A stretch of 64,000 nt of DNA from Azolla caroliniana (taxonomy: Eukaryota > Plantae > Polypodiophyta): NCBI GenBank assembly GCA_043228905.1, contig JBHGNT010000015.1, positions 3,844,001 through 3,908,000 on the forward strand, in the 5' to 3' direction. The position numbers and the translations under genes were made by a program. How positions within the stretch are numbered: the first letter of the stretch is position 1; each line of letters opens with the position of its first letter. The notes beneath the pieces were generated by a model. That model was not told the origin of the DNA, made no database searches, and saw nothing but the letters and a program-made list of their open reading frames with translations. This document shows, piece after piece, positions 50,801-64,000 of the stretch.

Positions 50801-53800
50801 TACCAGATGATATAAATATAAACTTAAGCAAATCCACCTACTTCTAACAAGTTGAGCGATAGCATTTGGTCCATTCGCCATTTTATGTAATTCAAAGTAT
50901 ATTGCTTGTATTGTATTTGTTCTCATTTACACTTAATAAGATAAACTAAAAATGCACATGGATACGTTTCAATTTCTTCTCAATAACCAAGTTTACTGAA
51001 ATCTACTTCAAACATAAGATGTATACAAAAGAATTGAAATGCACATGGATACGTTTCAATTTCTTCTCAATAACCAAGTTTACTGAAATCTACTTCAAAC
51101 ATAAGATGTATACAAAAGAATTGAAATGCACATGGATACATTTCAAGTTCTTGACAATAACTAAGTTTTATTGAAATCTACATAAATCATAAGATATAGA
51201 CAAAAGAATTGAAAAGTGCTGACCTAAATGCGTATGCAGCTTTGGATCAACAACCTTTAGAACTAAGCCTAGATTTGCAAGTTGCTTCTGCACTCCAATA
51301 GCTTGTGCTGTACATTTGAAGTTGTCCCGCTACATTTACAAACAAATAACCAGTTTAAGCAATCAGTATTTGGATGTCAACCTTGCATGCAATGATGAAA
51401 ACACAAATTTGTTTACACATTAAAAACTTTATTTCTGTCTCTTAAATCAATTAATCCTCCTATCACTTGAATTAATTATATTAACTAGCCTACATTGTAA
51501 ACCAGTTCTATGTCATATTGTCTGCTCAAAACGACCATTCAATTCTTGTAAAATAGATCTCAAATATGTATATCATATCTCAGATTTATTCAATTTTGTC
51601 ACCTGCATGTATATCAATTCTTTAAACATAGTGTGCATGAGGGCAACCTGACTTAATTTTTTGCACAGAAGGCTTTTAGCACTTAAAGGTGCTCGAAGTG
51701 TGGAAGGTTCATCTTAGTCAAAAATCTTGGCTTTACCCATTCTTCTAAATACCTCAATTGGTACGTTAACAGAAATTATGATGAACCATACGCTTCTTAC
51801 TTTTTGATGGTGGAATAATCTAATTTTATTTAGAATGCTGGCACCACTGATAGATAAGTGAGCCCATTGCCATTCTGATCTGGTGATGTGACTCTTTTGC
51901 AGTTATAAAAAAGCAAGTCAGCAATTGCAAATAAATACGTCAGCAGCTATAAAAAAATTGAAACTTGCCCTAATGTCATTGAATTTTGTGCAAATACTAA
52001 TCTTTGGACAGATGTCCCATGGAGCCTAACAGCCTATTGATGTTTGCTGTTGAATTTCTTGAACCTGTCCTCATATAAAATGAGCTGAATGGGCTCAGTT
52101 TTCATACTAGCAATGAAATAAATTGGAGTTGTTGCTGAATACTTTGCATAGAGATAGCTGCATTGTCAAATATATTTGTGGAGGGTTCCAAACACTGACT
52201 TTAGAATTCTTAATATCCTCTTCCTTAACCTCATGTACCTAGTACGAAAAGAGGTCTTGGACTATAAGCCCCTTCATCTTTACAACGTGAATTGTGAAGC
52301 TCATGAGAGGGAATTCCTCTCATGTAAGTTCTTCTGTAACCCAAAGTTGCCATGCAGCATCCTGTATCAAGTATTACCTTATCATTTATGGACTCTTGTA
52401 TTAGGCTCTGCCATGTTATAATCCCAAGGAGATGCAGTACATACAGTCAGTTGCTTGATGTGATCTCCATCCCTTTTACCTGTGATAACAGAATTCGCGA
52501 ATTCGCTGTCCCTACATACTTTACCAATACGAGTAGTAATGCTCGTAGAGCCCTCACACTACTTCGCACTCGATCTCACAAGTTAGGTATTGAAGTTGCA
52601 TCATGGTATCAAATAGTAACGAATTTAAGGGCATGTAAAGTATGCAATGAAGGCATGGTAGAGGATGAATGTCACTTGCTCTTCACATGCTCGGCATATA
52701 GTGCAATTCATTCAAGATATGATGACATATTAAGAGTTAGTAAAAACTTAAGTGCCATACTTCAAACACCGCCTAGAAGGTTGAGCTCATATGTGCATGC
52801 CTTATTCACACATAGAGACATTGTGCTTCAATGTACAAATACCCCTTTTTAGGAAGGAGACACATATCAAGAACACATGTATACTCTGGTTCCATAGGTC
52901 AAAATTGGCCTCTTTATGGACAATAAAAATTCTAATTCTAATGCATTGGCTTGCCACAGATCATGCAACCCTATGCTTTAAGACACATGATGGATGCCAA
53001 AAAGATGTATATGCTAAGAATAGGACTGGGGAATTTACTTGGAAAATAATTTATGTGTCTAGTTGTAAGGGTATGGAATGGCATGCTTTATTTGGGTTCT
53101 TTCCCACCCAGAGAGTGTTGGAGGGAAACCGCTCCGGCCCCATGGACTACGATCTCACCACCCTTGTCATTATCTCCCATTGTCAAAGGGGCTTCCCTCA
53201 CTTCAAAGACCTCTCCATTCTAGATCGAACTATGCTCAAGATCTTTCGAAGACAAAAGTTACTATATTTCTGACTTGAGAATCTTATATGTGTCGATAAC
53301 AAGACTCTTTAAGTCTCTAGTAATCTTATTTACTTTTATGTTTACTTAGTAACATTTATTTTATTTTGATTTATTGTTCTCAAAGACAAGACAACACGTT
53401 AGATGTAATCTCTTGTTTGGTCTTAAAAGACGTTAATATATCTCTTTCTTTCTGCATATTTGCTCTCTAGATATACTTTATTCCACAAAGAACCACAATT
53501 TTCTTTAGCCTTATCACTCCTACTAATGCTATAAGTCAATCAAGGGCTACACAAACGGGCTCCCAACCAAGACATAACAAAGAGGTTATAGAAGATAGGG
53601 CAATAGCAATTTGTCACGGCATTGGCTCATTGACTGCGACCTCACCACCCTTGTCATTGACAGATAAAGGCCCTTATCTCCCACCATCGCAGGCACTTCC
53701 CTCGCTTCAGAGACCTCTCCACTTTGGATCGACCTATGCTAGAGATCATTCGAAGTCAAACGTTATAATATATCTAACTTGAGAATCTTATGTGTGTGGA

Positions 53801-56800
53801 AAACCAGATTCTTTAGTCTCTTTTTATCTTATATACTTTCATATTTACTTAGTAAAATTTATTTTATTTTGATTTGTTGTTCTCAAAGATGAGACAACAC
53901 TTAAGATGTAATCTCTTATTTGGTCTTGTAGACCATTTTGGCCTCTCTTAAAAGACGTTAATATATCTTTCTTTCTTTCTTTCTCCATTCTCCACCACTT
54001 TAACTCATTAAATACCTGGGAATATTTTATCTCCTTTCATAATTGCAATAGGTTATAAAACCCACTCTCATTTTTTTATCTAAAGGCTTTGAGCCTCATG
54101 AAGAAATATAGTTCTTGTTTTAACTTATTGTTAAGCTCCTGCTAGCCTCTTTGGCATCTTACAAGTATTCATAACAGTTTTCTTGCATGGTATCAGAGCT
54201 GTGAGGTCTCCATAACCTCCACTAATATTTTTCTCCTATTCAACTCAATTTTCTTCCAGTAGCCAACCATTTGTTTCTTTTCTTTCCATTTCATCCCTCC
54301 CACCCTACAAAGAACACTCTCCAAACAGCCATATATTTTCTCACTTGAACTATCATTCAGGGAGTAGGCAGCCTTGAGCACCTGATTCTGTTTATAGCTC
54401 TAGAGGAGAGATTCATGGTTTCCGATGCCACTATAAACTCTTCCACCATTCAGAAACTTCCCAAAGAGTCTATTCTAGATGGAACTTCTATCTAGATTGG
54501 GAATTGCACAGGATGACCTTGTTGCAATACCATTGTTTGTGGAGTATTGTAAAAGGACCAGAGCCCAATCCTGAGGCTACATCTATTATTTCATCTTCCA
54601 CACCCACACAAGATGCAATTGACTCTTGGCGAGACAAAGATGGCAATGCTCAAGCTTTCATGTTCTTCAACATGAAACTTCAAGTTCTTGGCAAAGATAG
54701 CAAGATAGCAGAAGAGTTGTGGGATGCAGTCCAATAAAAAAGTATCCTAGAGCCAGAATAAGGCTCAAATGATAGCATTGGAGAACCAACTAGCCAATTT
54801 TCGAGTTTTTTATTGCCATAAGATTGTGGAACAGATCACAGATTTTATCTCTCTCCAAAAACAGCTTGTTTCCTTAAGAAGCAAGGCCACTAAAGAAGAG
54901 TTTGTGCATCACTTGATGACCAAGCTCCTAGAATCTTTCACGGAATTTTGTGATACTATTTCCCTTCTTCCCACTACTCCCTCTTTGAATACCTTTGTAG
55001 GGATGTTAAAGATTGGGTTGCAAGGCGAACTAGCACTTCAAGTTCTAAAGGAGACTTCTCTCCATGTTAAAGGCAAAGGCAAATGCAATGCTCTCCTAAT
55101 AACGGTACATCTTCATCGAAATCAGCCAACAATCCAGCCCATAAAGAGCTTACTTGCCACAATTGTGGCTATAACGGCCACATCCAGCCCAATTGCCAGA
55201 AAAGAAAAGGGACAATACCACAAAACCAGCCTCAACAACCCCAAAATCACACCTAGATCTAACAGCAATCAGTTCAGACACCCTATTCTTTTCCACTTCG
55301 GTCATGTTTAGATTGGGCATGGTCCAAGCTATCTTGGAACAGGGGTAGTGCATCTATGCTTATGCCCACGTGACTCGAACCATTCCTGCATTTCAGCATA
55401 CCCATAATGAATGTCTCCATGTTCAGCCATTTGTCTTGATGACGTAAGTGCCAACCTTGAGTACCTTCCTTTAGGGAGCTCCCAAAGACATTGGATACAA
55501 CTCACTATTTGGAATAATGCCTCAGTGATTATAGGGGCTACCTCCATCTCTGCCCGAATTATAAAGAGAAGTTGCTGAAGAACCAGAATACAACTACAAC
55601 ATCTCATCACCAGAGAGCAAGCAAAACCTTCAGTCTATCTAGGTTCAGAATCTTAAGTGCGTAGATAATTAGATTCTTTGGTAACCTATATTGAGATATA
55701 TTTATTTTGGCACAGAATACGAAGACAAACAACGCTTGACATTACCCTTGATAGAGCTCAAGAGCAATAAAGAAAAATTGTTGGACAACAGAGCAAAACT
55801 TTTCGTCTATCAAAGTTGAGAATCTTAAGTGCTTAGATAACTAGATTCTTTGGTAACCTATGTTTAGTTATATTTATTTTGGCTTCTTGTTCTCAAATAT
55901 GAGCAAATGTTTGAACACATGATCTCTTGTTTGGTTTTAAAGACAAAACTTTCGGTCTATCTCAGTTCAGAATCTGAAGTGCTTATATAACTAGATCCTT
56001 TGGTAACCTGTAATTAGATATATTTATTTTGGCTTCTTGTTCTCAAATATGAGAAAATGTTTGAACACATGATCTCTTGTTTGGTTTTATAGGCCATGTT
56101 GGCCTCTTAATAGATGTTAATATAGCTTTTTTATTTCTTGATGTCACATGATCTCTGGCTAAAAAACACATATATTTCTGTCTTCATATTTCATTATTCT
56201 GATGTGTCATAAACACTCCTTCATAGAGTAATGGTATTTTTCCCAATCTCACTGTAGACCATAGTACAATGGCAAACATGATGTTCATGCTTCTGCTTTG
56301 TTCCTTTAAAGAAGTTCACATGAATAGAGAGTCTCTTTCTATCCATAAATTATGTGAAGAGATCTCAATCTGTCCTATCACACTGTGAACAGAATGATGG
56401 TGAGAGAGATGAACACACATATAAGAGATTGGATAATAAAGCAATCTGGTGATAGCTGTAAAAAGGGGAGCCAACTCTAAATAATGATATATTCTTGTAT
56501 CCAGTGGACCAGTGGCACCTAGGGGGTTTATCCAAGTTTTGACACTTTGACTCCTTTTTGTATTTAAATTGATATTATTTGGTGTTATCATTCAGCTATT
56601 TGGGGTTTTTGACAGCAAGTATAATTATTATTATTCAGTTACAATACATATAGATAAACTGAACAAAGTAGTAATAAACTACAAAAATGAAAAATATCCA
56701 TATAGCAAAACCCAAATTCAGGACCATTGACACAAACGTGATAGTTTTAATACTTTCTTTTGCAATTCCTAGAAGACAGATACACTTCACACTAGTGAAT

Positions 56801-59800
56801 CATCTAGAATCCTTAACTGGCCAATCAAATGATCAAGACTACAACCAGATGTCACATGTATAGGGGACTGAAATATCTTTTGTCAAGTTACTTACCAATC
56901 TGTACATTAATCGCTCAAAACACCAAAAGGCATCTGCTTCATTCTCTAGTAAGATAACCATTGGAGAACAGAGATCGCTCATGCCTGTTCAATAAAAAAT
57001 AAACAAGAAATTGGATTTTTCCCATTGCATTAAGACTGAAGAAAGAAAGACGTTTTAACTTCCTTTAAGAAGCTGAAATGGCTTATCAGACTCAAGAAAT
57101 ATCAAATAATCATGAGGCATTGCACATATTTTCCACCTACATACATAATGTGACAAGAGTGGCATAAGAAACTACAAAGACACACATTTCAATTGCTTTT
57201 TCAAGGATTTTCAATTTCAACATTTATGAATGCCTAGAAAACTAATACCTTCTGAACCAATTGATAGGTGCCAATTTCGAAGGCAAAAGCATTAGGCTCC
57301 ATCAGGCAAATATTCTCATAATTTAACAGAAACTGAACTAACAGTACTAGTATCTGAAACATATCCTATCTTTTGACTGCCCTACAAATATGAAAAGAAT
57401 TAATGTAGACTCACGTTATGCAACTGAAGCTCCTCTATTATGACTAAATTTAATTCCTTATTACCGTTATCATTTAGCAAGTAATTCTACTTAAGAAAGT
57501 TATGAAACTGAAGCTCCTCTATTGTGACTAACTTTTTTTTCCATGTTACCAATATCATTCAGCCTATAACATTCCAAATTGTCTACAATGCCTAAATGGA
57601 CAATGGAAATTACTAGTGTATTAAGTGTGTTCAGATTTGTTAGAAATATTCTATTGATACTTGAACTTAAAATAGAAATAATCCCATGCCATCATTCTGT
57701 TATGCACATGAATAATCAATCATATACACCCACAACAATACTATGGATGAAGATTAACTAGCCCTAAAGCATTGATCGGGCACAAAAAAGGGAGACAGAA
57801 TGTGGCAATTTCTGACTTTCCAATTAGCCCACAATACCCAACATGATACCAATTGAACCAATGTACCATACCTGGTCATTATAACAGGTGCAATAACTAG
57901 AGGTTCAAATTACTTTCTACTTTTTAATGGTGTATAATGTGTGCTAGTATTTGCAATAACTCTTTCTTTGATAATTGGAGACTTGATAAATATATTCTAA
58001 ACCCACATCAAAATGACATTTACTTATTGTATATCCAGAGGCTTCTAAAGTGATTGCAAGAATAGAAAATTGATAACCTTGGCAATAGCCAACTTCAGGA
58101 TCCAACCAGGAATATACTGCCAGAATGTCCCAAAGTTTTGCAAGATTTGAGGGTTTCTCATAGAATTCCAGTGTACGATCAGTTCTAAGAACATCTAGTC
58201 CTGTAACAGAAAACAAGAATAAAAGGACAACAATCACAATAGAAAAACTCACTTAAGTTGGTAATCAAAAAATTAGCAATAATCATGGGGAGGTATATGC
58301 TTCAAAAACTTTAAAGAAAAGCTTAGAGATAATGAGCATATGCATGACATATATCAAAAATGAAAAACACCATTCAACTTAAAAAGAAACAACAATGACG
58401 TGCTATTTTTTGCAGGCTGATTACAAATTTCAAGATGAAGCCTCAACTACTTTGAAAGATACAACCTAGGACAATAATGTCAATGATCAATTTGCAAACT
58501 GTTTTTGATATTTCACGTATGTTTATATGAATGTTCAATGCACATATATGTAAGTGCAAGCTCTTGCTTTGACTATTAGAATATATATGGATCAAGTCAG
58601 AGATAGAGAGGACAATAATTACATAAAAAAACATCTGAAAACCTATTGTCAATAATTCCTGAAGTTAAAGATAGGAACTATAACTAGATACATGCGATGC
58701 ATGCTGAACATAACATAATGACAACATATATCCACGAAACAAAATTGAAAAGCATACCAATCTGATGTAAAGTAAGTCTCCACTGAGTGACCTGCTTCTC
58801 TTGCATGGATTTTGCAGGGCCTCTATTACCTTCCTGGCCACTTCCAGGGAATCCAATTTTAATGGCTGAGCTGCGTTGCAGCTGGGCTATCCGTGCTTTC
58901 TCAGTGTGATTGCCATTACCTTCCCCAGCCTGCTCTGTAGCACTTTTATCTACATTTACATCATCCTGGCGCAGGAGAGACATCAATGATCTTGGTAATC
59001 TCTCACTTTTATATGAGTCTGTATTGATGTTTGCATCATCAATTGTGTTATGTTTCTGGTTTTCAATAGCAATCCCATCTTCAGTTATTCGAGGCAACGT
59101 TATAACAACTCCACTGCCCACAGCAGGATCCATAACATGGCATTGAGCTTTTACCTGAAAATACTTCTCTCTGGCAAAAAGATCATACTTTGCTGATTAT
59201 ACTTTTAAACGAAAAGGATAATATCTACGATATGACAAATAGCTCCAAGCATCCAAAACTTAGCCATATTAGCATGTTACTATCACAGCTCCACAAACGA
59301 AGGTCATGTAGACTTTGCATAAAATACGAGAGATTAGGTAAGGTTAGGAGATTGACACCTGCGAGCCTTTCGAATCGCAGCACGCTCTGAGTGTGTGCTA
59401 TCTGCCGCATAGCAGCCAAGAAGAAATTCCCAAACTTCTGCCCTTATTGATGGATCCACACCCTGAGTAATAAGATTTGAATTTCATACAGAATAATGTG
59501 GGTTAATCCTTTGTTAGAGGTTTTATACTTACTTTAACAGCTTTTAAATTCTTTCACGAGTTGTCATAAAAAGTACACCCCAAATGATCATTGCATCATG
59601 AAGACAATAGAGAGATAAATGAAAGGCTCACACTGTGCTACATTGTGTACTTACTGTGGCTTAATGGACTCCTCCAGTCCTAAACTGAATCTTTCATGGG
59701 TAGCATCATCACGAAAACTTAGTTTTTAAAGAATAGTCTTCCAACATAAAGCATGTCAAAAGAGAATAAATATAACAAAATATTCCTAGATTTCCATTGG

Positions 59801-60814
59801 GACAAGAAAATATTGTTGCTGGGAACGGGATCATCAGCTCATTTTAGCTAAAATTCCTTGGATGCCAAATTTTGGATCCAAATGAGTTTACTACATCCCA
59901 GACCTTCATCAATTCATTTGATCTTGATAATGTTTGCATAAATTAATGGGACAAAAAACAATCGAAATTTTCCAAAACTAACAATGCTCCATTTTATTGG
60001 CAATCAAAATTTTATTTACAAATTTAACAACCGATATAAGAAAGTGTCCCAAAACCAAAATGAGTTATTTAATTAGAAAAACAATGCAATACATATTGGA
60101 CTCCCAGGAGTGCCTTCCATAACTAGTTCTTCAAAAAGTTCTGCAAGCATAGCATGCAAATTTGAGATTGTCCTGGAAGGTACCAGCTTCCGAGATAATG
60201 GTGCAAAATTAATGGAAAAGAAGAGTAAAAAATGAGTACCCCTCCTTGAATCCGCATAAGCACTTTTGATATGTCTACTCGCCCTTGTCTATCAATGGCA
60301 GCTCTCCATTTTCTTTCTGTTAAAGTCTTTCCCACCTGGATCATCGCAAACCTTGTAAATATCTCATCGAATTTGTAGAATTTTATAAACGAAGCAAAAA
60401 ATCAGATAGAAATATACAGCACTGTAAAAGTGTGGTATTTTCTCATAATTTCCTATTATTTCATGCACAAAACTGAAACTCGGTTTCAACTAGTAAAAAG
60501 GAAATGTTTCCTGAACACTAAATACTATCATTCAATGTATCTTATCATTTCATGTTGTTCTTGAGAGGAATCACATACTCTCGTAAACCAAAGCCTCATT
60601 GCATATGCCAATGCATCACATCATAAAACAATGTTCCAAATTATAAACTGTATGCTTCTAGTTTCTAGTATGGATAAAAGCAGCATTACTGTCGGACGAG
60701 ACCCGGGAATCAAAGTGACAAACAAATAAGCATTATTACCTTAGGATGGAGTCGAGAAGCAATGGCTTCGACACTATCACTCTTGATCTTATAGTGAGTA
60801 TCTTCATGAGACAT
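47813..60814 (-). CDS. TBC-domain Rab GTPase-activating protein (TBC1D15/GYP7-like); exons 60814-60740, 60335-60240, 59462-59359, 59170-58758, 58200-58078, 56984-56896, 51329-51224, 50549-50452, 48463-48182, 48027-47944, 47857-47813
   Basis: GKTLTERKW, GVDPSIRAEVWEFLLGCY, IGLDVLRTDR (IxxDxxR Arg finger), GYCQGMSDL (YxQ Gln finger), DAFWCFERLM, FAFRMLMVLFRREF; GT-AG boundaries join in frame. Confidence 0.93.
48490..50100 (-). mobile_element. RTE/RTEX-like LINE fragment, sense to TBC
   Basis: Family 3' end at 48490-48700; reverse complement of ~49990-50023 reads FCLVDFQQTFD (RT motif). Confidence 0.75.
50950..51215. repeat. 87-bp tandem repeat x~3
   Basis: AAATGCACATGGATACGTTTCAATTTCTTCTCAATAACCAAG... 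units. Confidence 0.9.
52150..53985 (+). mobile_element. RTE/RTEX-like LINE 3' portion with ORF2 C-terminus, duplicated 3' UTR and (CTTT)n tail
   Basis: ORF 52352-52852 LRTRSHKLGIEV...RACKVC...VEDECHLLFTCSAY; 3' UTR repeated at ~53080-53450 and ~53460-53985; ends ATATATCTTTCTTTCTTTCTTT. Confidence 0.85.
53986..55320 (+). mobile_element. Ty1/copia 5' fragment: partial LTR, PBS, decayed gag
   Basis: LTR end ...GCA followed by the tRNA-iMet PBS TGGTATCAGAGC (54188-54199); LWSIVKG...AEELWDAVQ gag remnant; CHNCGYNGHIQPNC zinc knuckle at ~55155-55197. Confidence 0.85.
55605..56135 (+). mobile_element. Three partial tandem copies of the RTE/RTEX-like 3' UTR
   Basis: AGAATCTTAAGTGC...GATTCTTTGGTAACC repeated three times, ending GGCCATGTTGGCCTCTTAATAGATGTTAATAT. 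Confidence 0.75.
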
Positions 60815-61203
60815 GGTAACTGACAAACGCCTCTAGTGGAAGAAAAGAGCATCAACACGCTGGAGAGGGTCTAAAACATAGACCAGATCTCTCTCTCTCT
60901 CTATCTTATCAAATGAAACCGAGAGAATCAGACCGGCCTTTAATAACACTAGCAGACATCCAGTAGCTAAGGCAGGGGTTGGATTAGGGTGTGGAAGAAG
61001 AAGTAGCAGGGATTTCCATGAGCCTGGTGCTGCTTCTTCAGATTGTGAGAGTGATTTTTAATCAAGAAAGAAAGAAGGAAAGAGCAGAGCAGGGGTTGTT
61101 TGTTGTCAGGTCATACATACATGTATTCCTTTTTTACAAATATGGCCTCCTTTACTTGGAATGAGTCCAAATTTATCATAATTCTCTACTTTTGCCTGCT
61201 AAA

Positions 61204-61242
<39 letters not shown>

Positions 61243-61510
61243 CATCCATTTGTCTAAATCTATCTCTCTCCTGAAACCCTTCCTTTTTTCCTCTTCTTTT
61301 CTACTCTTCTATGTTCTTTGTCGGAACTCGTTTCTCGAGTGCATCTATTTAGGGATCTAAAGACTACTACGACTCCAAACTCAATGTCACCCTACAAGCC
61401 AATTCAAATGGTGAATATGATGATATGTGACCTTGCAGAGTTTTCTCTCTTTATGGTTGAGATTTCATAACTTATCTAGCACTGCCAATTGCCACAAAAG
61501 AAATCCTTTT

Positions 61511-61512
<2 letters not shown>

Positions 61513-61563
<51 letters not shown>

Positions 61564-62453
61564 GAAAACACACTTATTATATTCATAAAAGTGTGTGAAA
61601 AACATTACTTACAATGGGTGCCACAATGGAGTATGGTCGCTCACTAACTACACTGCACTACATGGGTAGTGGAACATGTTGAATTGCCAATAGGCAAGAC
61701 GAACACTACACTGAGGATAGAATTTCCGCTTGCCCCAATAAAGAAATTTGCCACATTAGCACTCCCTTCAACTTTCACATATATGCTTTCACTCCATGTC
61801 TACCATCAAATACAAAAGCATTGTGCATATCCCAATTATGACGCAATCCCTTATATCAAAGAATTAGGAAAACGACCTCCATCTCTGATTTTGGGTCAAC
61901 CTGTGTAAATTGTGCAAACACCCACTGTCTAGGCGTGATAAAACTTGCCAATTTTAAGAAATGTAACTCCAAATATGATAAGCAATCAAATATTGTATAA
62001 AATGATGAGAAATATCTTCCATTTGAACAATGCAAAAGAAGCAATTACCTGTTGCTAGTTCATGACTCTTTAGAGCTAATTCTAGAGGCAACCCTCCAAT
62101 CAAAACTATCCAAATGAAGACCTTTGCTACAAGTGGCAATTTAGAATGTCAAGTACGTTTTAAATTTTGCCACTACCCATGATCAAATTTGTGTATTTTC
62201 CATTCTTTTTCAGTCTCAGATGATATCCATCCAAGAGACTCAACGAAGCAATGATACAAAAGATTAGTAGTCACTTGTAACAACAACATCTGACCATGTA
62301 AACACCAATCAATCCATGGTTGTTCTCCTATTTGTAGATGTAAAGGACCTTGCATCAATGCAATATTTTATAGTTGTTGCTAGATAAACTCATAATTAGG
62401 TGAGATGTGTAATAATTGTCGTGCTTTGACAAACCTCTCTCTCTCTCTCTCTC
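61513..62453 (-). mobile_element. L1-type LINE 3' fragment (zf-RVT) bounded by (CT)n tracts
   Basis: Minus-strand KVFIWIVLIGGLPL...CFFCIVQMEDISHHF; (CT)n at 61513-61560 and 62435-62453. Confidence 0.7.
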
Positions 62454-63254
62454 TTCACGCGTCGAGATGGTATTTACACTAATCGACGTCATCACAAAAT
62501 GCATTTGATTAAAATTTACCTGGAAAACTCTTTATCTTTTCATTGATGATTTATTCATTCTTGCTTGTCGTCCCACGCTTTGCAAGTCAGTTGATTATTA
62601 GTCATGTCGAGTATAGTGTGTAAGGATCCCTTATTTGATGATGGTGAATTTAACATTGACTATTTTGTCTAAATATAGACCATTTGAACATATTAAAAAT
62701 GTTATTATTTGAGAGTTGGGCCAAGGCCCTAGTCACATGGAGGAAGTAGGAAGTGGTACAGATACACCTTTTGCGTGTGAAACCTTGACCAAAGAATGCG
62801 GGAAGGTATCATTGATTCTATCATGGTTTTTGTTTATGAGTGCTTAAAGGGGGTAAATATGTTAGCATCCTTGTCCTACCATGGGATTTGATGTTTACAT
62901 TCATGTATTTTTATAGCTTGTCAAAGTGTCAATTTATACATATTTGTCAATATTAATATGAACATGTTTTCATGACATTTTGTACCTTTACTATATGATC
63001 TCTTTACCATTGTTCTTCATTCCTTCCAAATCTCATGTGTTATAAGGCATTTTATGTTGGTTGCGTGATGTAGAATTTAGTTACGCATTCCTTGCTATAA
63101 AAAAATGTTATGAGGCAAGCCCTCAACTTACTTGTGGTTCCCATTGAGTCAATTACCTCATACAAGAAATAAGTGTAACTTTGATGAACCCATTTGTTTT
63201 ATTTGACAAATACCCTTTCTCGTACAATATTTTTGACAAAATAGAGGTGGTGGA

Positions 63255-63909
63255 TAACAATCGGCAACGGTTTGGTTTGAACCGAACTGAACCGCGAAAC
63301 AATGGTTTAACGGCTTAACGGTTTATTATTTTTAATTTTTAATTTTTTTAAAAAAAATCTAAAAAATTTTAAAATTTGTTTTTAAAGAATCTTTTCATTT
63401 TTAGATCTTATTCTCACATTTTAGGAACATCTTAAAAATTTTAAAAATTATAAAAAAGGAAATATTAAAATTTTTAAAAATTTAAAAATTTGACCTATGT
63501 TGAAAACCGAAACTGAACCACAAAACACCATGAAACCGTGGTTTAACAGCTTAACAATTTATTATTTTTAATTTTTAATTTTTTTTAAAAAAATCTAAAA
63601 AATTTTAAAAATAGTTTTTAAAGAATCTTTTCATTTTTAGACCTTATTCTCGCATTTTAGGAACATCTTAAAATCTTTAAAGATTATAAAAAAGGAAATA
63701 TTAAAATTTGTAAAAATTTGAAAATTTGAACTATGTTGAAAACCGAAACTGAACCACAAAACCGTGGTTTTTACGGTTTAATGGTTTACCGGTTTGAAAA
63801 TTGTTTACCGGTTCGGTTTAACAGTTTCACGGTTTGGTTCAGGTTTCAAATATTTTAAACGGTTCGGTTTGGACCCTCTCAAACCGAACTGAACCGTTGC
63901 CGATTGTTA
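63255..63909. mobile_element. hAT-type MITE, 655 bp, with an internal ~237-bp tandem duplication
   Basis: Perfect TIR TAACAATCGGCAACGGTT / AACCGTTGCCGATTGTTA; 8-bp TSD GTGGTGGA at 63247-63254 and 63910-63917; AAACCG subterminal repeats. Confidence 0.92.
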
Positions 63910-64000
63910 GTGGTGGACACCTTACCCTTGTGTGTTCATGACCATCAACTTTTTAAAATTTCAATGACCATCAACTAGCGCGACATTTCAGTGACAGAGA

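Overview
AT-rich, intron- and transposon-rich land-plant nuclear DNA; a non-seed plant such as a fern is my inference only. From left to right the window holds: (1) the end of a tandem tRNA-Gly(GCC) array with a ~1.11-kb three-copy unit (one intact and two decayed tRNAs per unit); (2) a full-length but disabled L1/Tx1-type LINE nested in a hAT-like non-autonomous DNA element just upstream of TYW1 (8 exons, one GC-AG intron); (3) two convergent orphan genes with minisatellite-filled introns, one encoding a 114-aa Lys/Arg-rich, His-tailed protamine-like protein preceded by three DUO1-type AACCGTC motifs; (4) a divergent plasma-membrane P3A H+-ATPase ending in -AIV instead of -YTV; (5) a TBC1D15/GYP7-like RabGAP on the minus strand; (6) many intronic 5'-truncated copies of an RTE/RTEX-like LINE, a copia fragment, an L1 3' fragment and a hAT MITE with an 8-bp TSD. 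Gene models were built by eye from splice sites and remembered protein motifs; no searches were run.
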